From Candidatus Tectimicrobiota bacterium (GTDB lineage: Bacteria > JACPUC01), in NCBI GenBank assembly GCA_016192455.1, contig JACPUC010000011.1, positions 62,001-126,000 of the forward strand: 64,000 nt of DNA, read 5' to 3'. A program made the translations under genes and the position numbers. This document shows, piece by piece, positions 1 through 8,852 of the stretch; within the stretch, counting starts at the first letter, position 1, and every line of letters starts with the position of its first letter. A model generated the notes under the pieces. The model was not told where the DNA came from. It saw only the letters and a list, made by a program, of their open reading frames with translations, and did not search any database.

Positions 1-2
1 AC

Positions 3-656
3 GTGAAAGTGTCGGACGTTCGTGGGCTACGGATTAACATCAACCCGACGAATCTCGTTAGTGAGAGTGTTGCTAAGAGGTTTTGGCGGGGGACTGACAG
101 CGGCCTTACAGCGTGGGACCTCATCACCCCTAATCGGGCCAGCAGCAACATCGGCGAGTTTGCAATTCTCCTTCCTGGCGAAGAGCGGATCGTGATCACC
201 AAAGAGGTGTTCGTTTTGCGCGTTATAGATTCAACACTACTCGATCCCTTTTATCTACTCTGGGCTCTGTCGCTGAAAGCAGTGCGTGATCAGTGGCATC
301 GGATTGCCCTAATGCAGACAAACCGAGAGGATTGTGGGTTGCGATTTCGCGAAGTGCTTTTACCGAAACCTATGAATAAGGCATGGGCAGAGAAGGTCTC
401 TGAACCCTTCCGTAGCTACTTTACGAGAATCTCTAATGCAAAGTCGGCATTTATTGATCGGGTTCGGAGTAGTCAGTACCAGTATGTCGCGAACGTGATT
501 TCTGCATTGCCGCTTACGATGGCTGAGGTTAATGAATCTGAGTCCGAAGCTGAAGGCACAGTAGCGGAAATAGAGGCTCTAAAGCGTCCGCTGCCGGGCG
601 TGAAATCTTCGCGGGGGCGAGGTGCGCCGCGGGGCAGGAGAAGAGAATGGAGCTGA
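3..656 (+). CDS. 5'-truncated C-terminal part of a probable restriction-modification protein (HsdS/TRD-like specificity region)
   Basis: Open from the window edge and AT-richer than its neighbours. The pattern 'DLITPNRASSNIGEFAIL...EVFVLR...LDPFYLLWALS...QW...TNRED...REVLLPKP' resembles a type I/IIG target-recognition domain. The family call is by eye. Confidence 0.45.
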   Translation: MKVSDVRGLRININPTNLVSESVAKRFWRGTDSGLTAWDLITPNRASSNIGEFAILLPGEERIVITKEVFVLRVIDSTLLDPFYLLWALSLKAVRDQWHRIALMQTNREDCGLRFREVLLPKPMNKAWAEKVSEPFRSYFTRISNAKSAFIDRVRSSQYQYVANVISALPLTMAEVNESESEAEGTVAEIEALKRPLPGVKSSRGRGAPRGRRREWS

Positions 657-1519
657 GTGGTTTCCTCCAACTCGTGGTTGCCGGCATTCTCCTCGGAGCC
701 CAGTACGCCCTCATCTCGATCGGCATGACCCTCATCTTCGGCGTCATGCGCCTCTTCTCCTTCGCCCACGGCGGCTTCTTCGTCCTGGCGGCCTACCTGA
801 CCTTCCAAGGAAACATGGTGATGGGGCTGCCGTTCTTCCTGGCGGCGGCCCTGACCGCCGTGCTGATGTTCGGCGTCGGCATGCTGGTCGACCACGTCTT
901 CATCCGGCCGATCCGCAGGCGCGTGGGGGCGGTGGTGGTCGCCACGCTGATGCTGGCGTTCATCCTGCAGGAGGGGACGAAGGTCGTGTGGGGGACTGAT
1001 TTCCACACCTTCCGTCCCTTCCTGACGGGGACCGCGAGCCTCTGGGAGGTGCGCTTCGAGTACCAGCGCAGCGTCACCTTCTTCATCAGCATGGCGGTGA
1101 TCGGCGGCTTTCACCTCTACCTGAAGTGGAGCCGCTTCGGGCGGGCGATGCGCATGGTGGCCCAGGACCGCGATGCGGCCCAGCTCCTCGGCATCAACGT
1201 CAACCGCGTGTACCTGGTGAGCTTCGGGCTGTCGGCGGCCTTCGCGGGCCTGGCGGCTTCCTTCGTCACGCCGCTCGAGGTGCTCTACCCGGCGATGGGA
1301 ACGGAGTACCTCCTCATCGCCATGGCCGTCATGCTGCTGGCCGGGCTGGGACGCATCAACGGCTGCATCGCCACGGGCTTCATCTTCGGCATCATTCAGA
1401 ACTTCACCGGCTACTTCCTGAGTCCCAAGCTGGCCATCGTCAGCATCTTCATCGTCCTCATCCTGGTGCTCCTCTGCCGTCCCACCGGCCTCTTCCGCGG
1501 CGAGGTCTTGGGAGTCTGA
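647..1519 (+). CDS. livH: Branched-chain amino acid (HAAT) ABC transporter permease, LivH-type
   Basis: Hydrophobic 290 aa with 'GAQYALISIGMTLIFGVMRLFSFAHG' and 'FGRAMRMVAQDRDAAQLLGIN'. AGAAGAG precedes the ATG. Confidence 0.9.
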   Translation: MELSGFLQLVVAGILLGAQYALISIGMTLIFGVMRLFSFAHGGFFVLAAYLTFQGNMVMGLPFFLAAALTAVLMFGVGMLVDHVFIRPIRRRVGAVVVATLMLAFILQEGTKVVWGTDFHTFRPFLTGTASLWEVRFEYQRSVTFFISMAVIGGFHLYLKWSRFGRAMRMVAQDRDAAQLLGINVNRVYLVSFGLSAAFAGLAASFVTPLEVLYPAMGTEYLLIAMAVMLLAGLGRINGCIATGFIFGIIQNFTGYFLSPKLAIVSIFIVLILVLLCRPTGLFRGEVLGV

Positions 1520-1522
1520 TCC

Positions 1523-2527
1523 ATGCTGGACGAGCGCGAACCCCAGCCGGCGGAACCGCGCGGCGCAGGCGGCGGGCGGGGCTGGATGTGGAGGGCGGGG
1601 CTGATCGCCGCGGCATTCGCCGCGCCGCTCTTTCTCAATGATCTCTGGCTCTACCTCCTGGTGATCGTCAATATCTGGGCGCTCCTCGCCGTAACCTGGG
1701 GGTTCAAGATCGCCGTCGTCGGCCTCATTGACCTGGGCCACGCGGTCTTCTTCGGCGCCGGCGCTTACGCCACGGCCTTCCTCACCACTCGCTTCGGGGT
1801 TGATCCCTGGCTGGCGCTCGCGGGCTCCGGTTTCGTCGCCGTGCTGGTCGGCCTGGTGGTGGCGCTGCCCGCGCTCCGCCTGATCGGCGGCTACCTGGCC
1901 ATCCTGACCCTCGCCTACTCGGAGGCGATGCGCATCTTCGCCACCACCGCCAGGGACTACACCGGCGCCGAGGAGGGCATCCGCGACATCCCCCCGCTCC
2001 TCAGCTCGATGGGCGGCAACTACCTGCTGACGCTCGGCATCCTCGTGCTCAGCGCCGCTCTCCTCTTCCTGGTGCGGCGTTCCTCCTGGGGCATCCTGCT
2101 GCGCTCCATCAAGAACGACGAGGAGGCGGCCGGAGTGTGCGGCGTCAACACCTCGCGCTACAAGATTTTCGCCTTGAGCTTGACGGCCTACCTGGCAGGG
2201 GTGGGCGGAAGCCTCTATGCCGCCTTTTTCTCCATCACCACGCCTGACGTGCTGGCCATCGCCTTGACCGGCGAGGCGCTCATCATCGCGCACCTGGGGG
2301 GCGAGGCGTCGATCGTGGGACCGCCGCTCGGCGCCGCCCTCTTCATCCTGCTGACGAACCAGCTCGGCTTCCTCGAGGACTATCGCCTGCTGGTCTTCTC
2401 CAGCGTGGTCCTGGTCCTCATCTACGTCATGCCACAGGGGATTGTGCCGGAGCTGCGGAACCGCCTGCGGCGCCCCTGGTTCCCTCTCCCCTGGCGCCGC
2501 GAGAAGTCCTCCACGCATCTCAGGTGA
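1523..2527 (+). CDS. livM: HAAT ABC transporter permease, LivM-type
   Basis: 'GLIDLGHAVFFGAGAY', 'GGYLAILTLAYSE', 'LRSIKNDEEAAGVCGVN'. Directly follows livH. Confidence 0.9.
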   Translation: MLDEREPQPAEPRGAGGGRGWMWRAGLIAAAFAAPLFLNDLWLYLLVIVNIWALLAVTWGFKIAVVGLIDLGHAVFFGAGAYATAFLTTRFGVDPWLALAGSGFVAVLVGLVVALPALRLIGGYLAILTLAYSEAMRIFATTARDYTGAEEGIRDIPPLLSSMGGNYLLTLGILVLSAALLFLVRRSSWGILLRSIKNDEEAAGVCGVNTSRYKIFALSLTAYLAGVGGSLYAAFFSITTPDVLAIALTGEALIIAHLGGEASIVGPPLGAALFILLTNQLGFLEDYRLLVFSSVVLVLIYVMPQGIVPELRNRLRRPWFPLPWRREKSSTHLR

Positions 2528-3273
2528 GCCTGCGGCCCATGGCCCTGCTGGAAATCTCACAGCTCACGAAGCGCTATGGCGGTTTGGTGGCGCTCGATCG
2601 TCTCAGCCTGCGGGTGGAGGAGGGGGAGTTCGTCGGCTTGATCGGGCCCAACGGCTCGGGGAAGAGCACCCTCTTCAACGTCGTGAATGGGCTCGTGCCG
2701 CCCACGGCCGGCTCCATCAGCTTCGACGGCCAGGTGATCAGCGGCCGCGCTCCGCACCAGGTGCGGCAGGCAGGGATTGGGCGCACCTTTCAAATGGCGC
2801 GGGTGTTCCAGGATTTGACCTGCCTGGAGAATGTCCTGGTGCCGCTCATCGCCCTGAAAGCGGCGTCGGACCGCAGGCGTCTGCCCGACGAAGCGCGGCA
2901 GCTCCTGGCCCTCGTCCGCCTGGACGGCAAGGCGACGCACGCGGCCAGGTCGCTCTCCTACGGGGAGTCACGGCGCCTCGACATCGCCAAGGCGCTGGCG
3001 GCGTCGCCGCGCCTCCTGCTGCTCGACGAGCCGTACGGCGGCCTGCACAAGGAGCAGCGCGACATCCTGACGGAGATTCTCACCGCCTTGCCGCGTCGCC
3101 GCGTCACCGTGATCCTCATCGAGCACCTGCTGAGCATCGTGGTGCGGCTCTGCCCGCGCCTCGTCGTGCTCGACAGCGGCCGCATCATCGCCGACGGCAG
3201 CCCCGCCGACATCCGCGCCAATGACGACGTCATCCACGCCTACATCGGCGCCGCCCTGGAGCGGCACCCGTAG
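2524..3273 (+). CDS. livG: HAAT ABC ATP-binding protein, LivG-type (alternative ATG at 2539)
   Basis: Walker A GPNGSGKST, signature LSYGE, Walker B LLLLDEP, H-loop IEH. Confidence 0.9.
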   Translation: MSLRPMALLEISQLTKRYGGLVALDRLSLRVEEGEFVGLIGPNGSGKSTLFNVVNGLVPPTAGSISFDGQVISGRAPHQVRQAGIGRTFQMARVFQDLTCLENVLVPLIALKAASDRRRLPDEARQLLALVRLDGKATHAARSLSYGESRRLDIAKALAASPRLLLLDEPYGGLHKEQRDILTEILTALPRRRVTVILIEHLLSIVVRLCPRLVVLDSGRIIADGSPADIRANDDVIHAYIGAALERHP

Positions 3274-3278
3274 CTTGC

Positions 3279-3548
3279 TGTCGTACCCTCTCCGCGTCTC
3301 CGCGGTGATTGCCGCCGGCGGCCACCGCCGAGGCGCGGTGGGCGCGAAGGTAAGGGTGAACCGCTGATGGACACGGACGCCCACAACTATCCGTGTTCAT
3401 CCGTGTTCATCTGTGGTTCCTTGGTTGCCGATGGCGGCGCCGGTTCGCGAACCGGCCCTACGGTGGCTGGGCTGGAAGCCTGTCCTACCCTCCCCGCGTC
3501 TCCGCGGTGCAGCGACATCCGCGCTGCCCTGGAGCGGCGCTCGTAGCC
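3279..3548. repeat. Decayed copy of composite hairpin module A inserted between livG and livF, with duplicated flanking sequence
   Basis: Contains ctccgcgtctccgcggtg, atccgtgttcatccgtgttcatctgtggttccttg and ggttcgcgaaccggccctacgg in the same order as 4358-4538. 3279-3307 is repeated at 3481-3509. Confidence 0.75.
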
Positions 3549-3555
3549 CTGGGCC

Positions 3556-4272
3556 ATGACCATGAGCCTGCTCGACGTGCGCGAGATTTCCGTTCACTAC
3601 GGCAAGGCCCTGGCCGTGCAGGAGGTCAACCTTGAGGTGGGAGAAGGGGAGGCGGTCTGCATCATCGGCCCAAACGGCGCCGGCAAGAGCACTGTCCTGC
3701 GCGCCATCTCCGGCCTGGCGCCGCTGAGCGCGGGGGAGATCATCTTCGACGGCGAGCGGCTCGATCGCCTGGCGGCGCACGCGGTGCCCCGCCGCGGCGT
3801 GGCCCACTGCCCGCAAGGGAAAGGGCTCGGCAAGGAGATGACGGTGCTGGAAAACCTCGAGCTCGGCGCCTACGCGCGTGACAAGCGAGACGGCCTCGCG
3901 GAGGACCTGGACCGCGTCTTCGCCCTCTTCCCGGACCTGCGCGAACGGCGCCATCAACGCTGCGGCACGCTGAGCGGCGGCCAACAGCAGATGGTGGCGA
4001 TCGGCCGCGCCCTCATGCTGCGCCCGCGCTTGCTGCTGCTCGACGAGCCCTCCATGGGCCTGGCGCCCATCTTGAAGGAGCGCATCTTCCAGCGCATCGA
4101 AGCCATCAAGCGCCAAGGGGTGACGATCCTGCTGGTCGAGCAGGATGCGGGCTGGGCCATGAAGCTCTGTGACCGCGCCTACGTCCTCGAGGACCGGCGC
4201 ATCCTCATGCACGGCCCCACCGCCGAGCTGGCCTACTACGACTACATCGTCGATACCTACCTCGGCACCTAA
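3556..4272 (+). CDS. livF: HAAT ABC ATP-binding protein, LivF-type
   Basis: GPNGAGKST, LSGGQQQM, LLLLDEPSMGLAP, LVEQ. Confidence 0.92.
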   Translation: MTMSLLDVREISVHYGKALAVQEVNLEVGEGEAVCIIGPNGAGKSTVLRAISGLAPLSAGEIIFDGERLDRLAAHAVPRRGVAHCPQGKGLGKEMTVLENLELGAYARDKRDGLAEDLDRVFALFPDLRERRHQRCGTLSGGQQQMVAIGRALMLRPRLLLLDEPSMGLAPILKERIFQRIEAIKRQGVTILLVEQDAGWAMKLCDRAYVLEDRRILMHGPTAELAYYDYIVDTYLGT

Positions 4273-4280
4273 CCGCCGCT

Positions 4281-4810
4281 GCTTAGCAAAAAGAACCTCT
4301 ACGTGGTTGATTTTACGTGATGGTGAGGCTGACGTTCGCGCGGCCGGTGTCTTTCACCTCCGCGTTCTCCGCGCCTCCGCGGTTCAATGGATGGCGCCGC
4401 GAAGGCGCGGAGAACGCGGAGAAGGTAGGGGAAGGAACCACGGATGGACACGGGTTCACACAAATATCAGTGTCCATCCGTGTTCATCAGTGGTTCCTTG
4501 CATGCCGCTGGCAGGGGCGGTTCGCGAACCGCCCTACGGTCGATGGGACGGAGGCCTGCTTGGGGAAAAGAACCCCCAAGTGGTTGATTTCACGACATTG
4601 CAGGTTTGCCACCATGCGTCGTACAGCGGATGAGATGTGCGGACCCGTAGGCGCGGGGCTGGCCCCGCCCTCCGAGTCGCCGCGCTGGGGCGCAGCAAGC
4701 GGCGCCCCTACACCCAGGATGCCGAACCCTTCGACATGAGAGACGGTCGCTCCCTGTAACCCCCATGTTCATCGCTTCGCGGGCGGGCCAAAGGCCCATG
4801 GGAAACTGCC
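4281..4810 (+). repeat. Composite REP-like element, arrangement J-A-J-B-C
   Basis: Junction motif J at 4303-4317 and 4580-4594. Module A has a 19-bp stem (4358-4376/4403-4421), a second stem (4432-4499) and the palindrome ggggcggttcgcgaaccgccctac (~4514-4537). Near-identical inverted copy at 47465-48303. Confidence 0.9.
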
Positions 4811-4899
4811 TTGCTTGCGCGCCGCCTCTCGGCGCCCTACCCTGAAGGAAGCGTTGCAGCTCGCCTGCTGGCGCGGCACCCCTTCCGGAAGCATCCGCG

Positions 4900-7224
4900 A
4901 TGAGCCACCCACCCTGGCGCCTGAGCCCAGGCGACAACCGCGTCCTCTACGGCCACGGCGAGCGCCCCGGCATCGTCGCCGTGGAGCCGGAGGGGGAGGC
5001 GGCGATGCGGCTCTTCCTGCGTTCCGTGCCCGGCGGCGGCGAGCTGCGGAGCGAGGTGGTTTCCTTCACCCCCTTTCTCCTGCTGAACGCTGAAGCCCTG
5101 CCGCACCTGGCGAAGCTGGCGTACGACCTCGAGGAGCTGGCGGGCGACGGGTTCTACCGCCACCTGGCGCGCTTCCCCACCTGGGGGGACTTCGAGCTGG
5201 CCCGCAAGGCCATCCAGCGGGGCAGCGGCGTGTCGCCGGGCGATCCGGCCTCGCCGCAGCTCGCCCTCGGCGACCCAGTGCACCAGTACCTGCTGCTGAG
5301 CGGCGAGACGAGCTTCAAGGGCCTGGAGTTCGCCGATCTGCACCGCCTGCAGCTCGATATCGAGACCGCCTGCAGCCCCGGCTTCGAGTTTCCCAACCCG
5401 CTGCGTCCCGCCGACCGCGTCATCGCCATCTCCGTCAGCGACTCGCGCGGTTTCGAGACGGTGCTCAAGGGGACGGAATGCGACGAGCCCGAGCTCCTGC
5501 GGCGGCTGGCGGCGATCATCCGCGAGCGCAACCCCGACGTCATCGAAGGGCACAACCTCTGCCGCTTCGACCTGCCGTACCTGGCGGCGCGGGCCGAGCG
5601 CTGCGGCGTGGCGCTCAGCCTGGGACGCGACGGCAGCGTCCCGAAGCGGCGCAGCTCGCGCCTCAGCATCGCCGAGCGCACCATCGACTACCCCCGCTGG
5701 GACATCTACGGCCGCCACATCATCGACACCTGGATGCTGGCGCAGTTCTACGACATCGGCGGGCGCGACCTCGAGGGGTACGGGTTGAAGGAGGTGGCGC
5801 GCGCCTTCAAGGTAGCGGCGCCGCAGCGCACCTACATCGAGGGCTCGCAGATCACCTCGTACTTCGAGCGCCAGCCCGAGACCCTCTTCGCCTACTGCCT
5901 CGACGACGCCCGCGAGACCCGCGCCATCAGCGAGCTGCTCAGCCCCAGCTACTTCCTGCAAGCGCGCATGTTCCCGTACAGCTTCCAGAACGTGGCGGTG
6001 CGCGGCAACGCCACGAAAATCGACGCCCTCCTGCTGCGCGAATACCTGCGCCAGCGCCAGAGCATCCCGCGCCAGCCGCAGCGCCAGGGCCGCATCGCCG
6101 GCGGCTACACGGCGACCTTCCAGCAAGGGGTGGCGAAGAACGTCGTCTCCTGCGACGTGCAGTCCCTCTACCCCTCGATCATGCTCAGCTACGATAGGAA
6201 GCCGCGGCAGGACCGCCTGAACATCTTCCAGGACCTCCTGCGCGACCTGCGCGCCCTGCGCCTGGGGGCGAAGAAACTCGCGGCGAGCGCCGAGCGCGAG
6301 GAGGAGCGCCGCTCCTTCCACACCTTGCAGGCCACCTTCAAGGTGCTCATCAACTCCTTCTACGGCTACCTCGGCGCGGGCTTCTCGCACTTCGCCGACT
6401 ACGAGGCCGCCGCCGCCATCACCGCCACCGGGCGCGAGCTGCTGCAGCGGATGATCGACTGGCTGCGCGACCGCGACTGCCGGATCATCGAGATCGACAC
6501 CGACGGCATCTACTTCGTGCCGCCGCCCCAGCTCGGCGGGGAGGCGCAGGCGGCGGCCCTGGTGGCGGAGCTCTCGGAGGCCATGCCGGAGGGGATCGAC
6601 GTCGAGTGCGCCGGCCACTACCGGGCCATGTTCAGCTACAAGTCGAAGAACTACGCCCTGCTCGACAGCGAGGGCGAGGTGCGCATCAAGGGCTCCGGGT
6701 TGCGCTCGCGCGGGCTGGAGCTCTTCCAGCGCGACTTCCTGCGCCGCTGCCTGGAGCTGGTCCTCAGCGATCGGCGCGACGAGGTTGAGGCCCTCTACAC
6801 AGAACGCCTCGCCGCCATCGCCGAGGGCCGCATGGGCATCCAGGAGCTGGCCAAGACCGAGACCTTGCAGGACTCGCTGGAGACCTACCGCGGCAAGATC
6901 GCCGGCAAGAAGCGCAACCGCAGCGCGCCCTACGAGCTTGCCCTGCGGGCCGAGCGCGCCTACCAGCCGGGCGACCAGCTCTCCTACTACGTCACCGGCG
7001 AGAAGGCGAACGTGGCCGTCTACGAAACCTGCAAGCTGGTCAGCGACTTCGATCCAGCGCACCCCGATTTCAACGTCGCCTACTACCAGAAGAAGCTGAA
7101 GGACCTCTACAAGAAGTTCACGCCGTATTTCCATGAGCTGGCCCCGGCGGAAGGCGAGGTGGAGGGCGAGGCCGAAAGCTCCCAGGACCTGCGGGGTGGG
7201 CTGTTCGAGGCCGAGACCTCGTAG
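4900..7224 (+). CDS. polB: Family B DNA polymerase with 3'-5' exonuclease
   Basis: ExoI LDIET, ExoII GHNLCRFDLPYL, ExoIII YCLDD. Polymerase motif A DVQSLYPSIM, B KVLINSFYGYLG, C IDTDG, then KNYA and IKG. Confidence 0.93.
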   Translation: MSHPPWRLSPGDNRVLYGHGERPGIVAVEPEGEAAMRLFLRSVPGGGELRSEVVSFTPFLLLNAEALPHLAKLAYDLEELAGDGFYRHLARFPTWGDFELARKAIQRGSGVSPGDPASPQLALGDPVHQYLLLSGETSFKGLEFADLHRLQLDIETACSPGFEFPNPLRPADRVIAISVSDSRGFETVLKGTECDEPELLRRLAAIIRERNPDVIEGHNLCRFDLPYLAARAERCGVALSLGRDGSVPKRRSSRLSIAERTIDYPRWDIYGRHIIDTWMLAQFYDIGGRDLEGYGLKEVARAFKVAAPQRTYIEGSQITSYFERQPETLFAYCLDDARETRAISELLSPSYFLQARMFPYSFQNVAVRGNATKIDALLLREYLRQRQSIPRQPQRQGRIAGGYTATFQQGVAKNVVSCDVQSLYPSIMLSYDRKPRQDRLNIFQDLLRDLRALRLGAKKLAASAEREEERRSFHTLQATFKVLINSFYGYLGAGFSHFADYEAAAAITATGRELLQRMIDWLRDRDCRIIEIDTDGIYFVPPPQLGGEAQAAALVAELSEAMPEGIDVECAGHYRAMFSYKSKNYALLDSEGEVRIKGSGLRSRGLELFQRDFLRRCLELVLSDRRDEVEALYTERLAAIAEGRMGIQELAKTETLQDSLETYRGKIAGKKRNRSAPYELALRAERAYQPGDQLSYYVTGEKANVAVYETCKLVSDFDPAHPDFNVAYYQKKLKDLYKKFTPYFHELAPAEGEVEGEAESSQDLRGGLFEAETS

Positions 7225-7376
7225 CGGCGTTGCCCTCGCCGCCGCCCCGGCGCTCACCAAGGGGGCGACCCGCTCCGGCAGGGGCCGGCGCCGGCTTCGA
7301 CATCGCCGCACCATCTCCGCTATACTTGCCGCAGGCAGACTGCATCCGGGTGCAACTCCAGCAGAGAGGCGACTCC

Positions 7377-8765
7377 ATGACCACGAAGGCGTCCACGGCG
7401 ACCCCCGACCTGAGTTTCCGCGAGGCGCTGCGCCGCCTCGATGCGGCCGGCCTCCTCCTGAAGGTGGAGGATGAGGTCGATCCCCAGCTCGAGCTGACGA
7501 GCGTCCTCTTCAAGCAGCCCGAGCGGGCCATGCTCTTCAAGCGCGTGAAGGGCTACGGCATGCAGGTGATCGGCAACTTCATGGGCAGCGAGGAGAACGT
7601 CCTGGCGATCTATCAGAAGGACGTGGCCGAGGTGCGCCGCTACATCACCGAGGGGCTGGGATCGCCGATGCCGCCGACGCGCGTCGCCTCCGGCCCGGTG
7701 CAGGAGGTCGTGCACGACAACCCCGACCTGCTCGAGCACTTGCCGCTGCCGAAGTACGCGCCGAACGACGGGGGCCGCTACATCTCCGCCGGCGTGGTCA
7801 TCGCCAAGAACGCGGAGACCGGCGTCTACAACGCCTCCTACCACCGCTTTATGCACGTCGAGCGCAACCGCCTCCTCATCAAGCTCGACCTGGGGCGGCA
7901 CCTGCGCACCTTGTGGGAGCGGGCCAAGGCCAAAGGAGAGCCGCTGCCGATCGCGGTGGTGCTGGGGCCGGACATCGGCACCCTTTACGCCGCGGCCATC
8001 ATGGGGGCGCAGCTCCCCTTCGAGATGGACGAGTACCACGTCGCCTCCGGCATCCGCCGCAAGCCGCTGGAGCTGATCGACTGCCGCACCGTGCCGCTGC
8101 AGGTGCCGGCCGACGCCGAGGTGGTCATGGAGGGCTTCATCTCGCCCACGGAGGAGATGCAGGAGGGGCCGTTCATGGAGTTCATCGGCCTCTACTCCGA
8201 CGTCGGCCCCTCGCCGGTCACCACGATCACTTGCCTCTACCACCGCAAGAACCCGATCTGGCACGTCATCATGACGAAGGAGTCGCCGATCTTCCGCAAG
8301 CACGTGCTCGAGGGGGCGATTCTCAAGGCGGTGAAGGCGGCGGCGCCGTGCGTCACCGACGTGGCCCTCACCGCCGGCGGCCTCTACCGCTTCCACCTGC
8401 ACATCGCCGTGCGCAAGCGCAGCGCCGCCGACGAGGGCTACCAGCGCAACGCCATCTACGCCGCCATCACCGCCCTGAAGGACCTCGATCTGATCATCGT
8501 CGTCGATGACGACATCGACATCCACACCTGGACCGACGTAGAGTGGGCCCTCGCCATGCGCTGGGACGCCTCGAAGGGGCTGATCCTCATGCCGGCGTCG
8601 CGCGGGCACGAGTACGTGACGGTCTCCGAGGAGGGGGTGCGCACGAAGGTCGGCATCGACGCCACGCTGCCGTTCGGTTTCACCAAGCGCCACAAGCGCA
8701 TCCCCATCCCGCCCGCCGATCTGAGCAAGTACCGGACGACGCTTGCTCCGAACCTCCAGGGATAG
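7377..8765 (+). CDS. UbiD-family (prFMN-dependent) decarboxylase
   Basis: 'DGGRYISAG', 'YNASYHR', 'VPADAEVVMEG', catalytic 'EGPFMEFIGLY', 'VVDDDIDI', 'KVGIDAT'. GAGG RBS before the ATG at 7377. Confidence 0.92.
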   Translation: MTTKASTATPDLSFREALRRLDAAGLLLKVEDEVDPQLELTSVLFKQPERAMLFKRVKGYGMQVIGNFMGSEENVLAIYQKDVAEVRRYITEGLGSPMPPTRVASGPVQEVVHDNPDLLEHLPLPKYAPNDGGRYISAGVVIAKNAETGVYNASYHRFMHVERNRLLIKLDLGRHLRTLWERAKAKGEPLPIAVVLGPDIGTLYAAAIMGAQLPFEMDEYHVASGIRRKPLELIDCRTVPLQVPADAEVVMEGFISPTEEMQEGPFMEFIGLYSDVGPSPVTTITCLYHRKNPIWHVIMTKESPIFRKHVLEGAILKAVKAAAPCVTDVALTAGGLYRFHLHIAVRKRSAADEGYQRNAIYAAITALKDLDLIIVVDDDIDIHTWTDVEWALAMRWDASKGLILMPASRGHEYVTVSEEGVRTKVGIDATLPFGFTKRHKRIPIPPADLSKYRTTLAPNLQG

Positions 8766-8852
8766 CGTCCGCGCCACGCCGGGCGGAGGGCGAAGACGGA
8801 ACCGCCGGGCGCCCCGCGAGGGATGAGTCATGCAGCAACGGTGTGACCTCCG

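Noticed and set aside
4317..4739. 140-aa ORF in the composite repeat with counterparts at 47829-48266 and 47578-47775
   Set aside because: The copies differ by frameshifting indels and a stop, and the sequence is dominated by hairpins, so it is treated as non-coding.
4900..7224. Casposon, pipolin or prophage carrying polB
   Set aside because: No cas1, integrase, terminal repeats or phage genes, and the neighbours are chromosomal metabolic genes.
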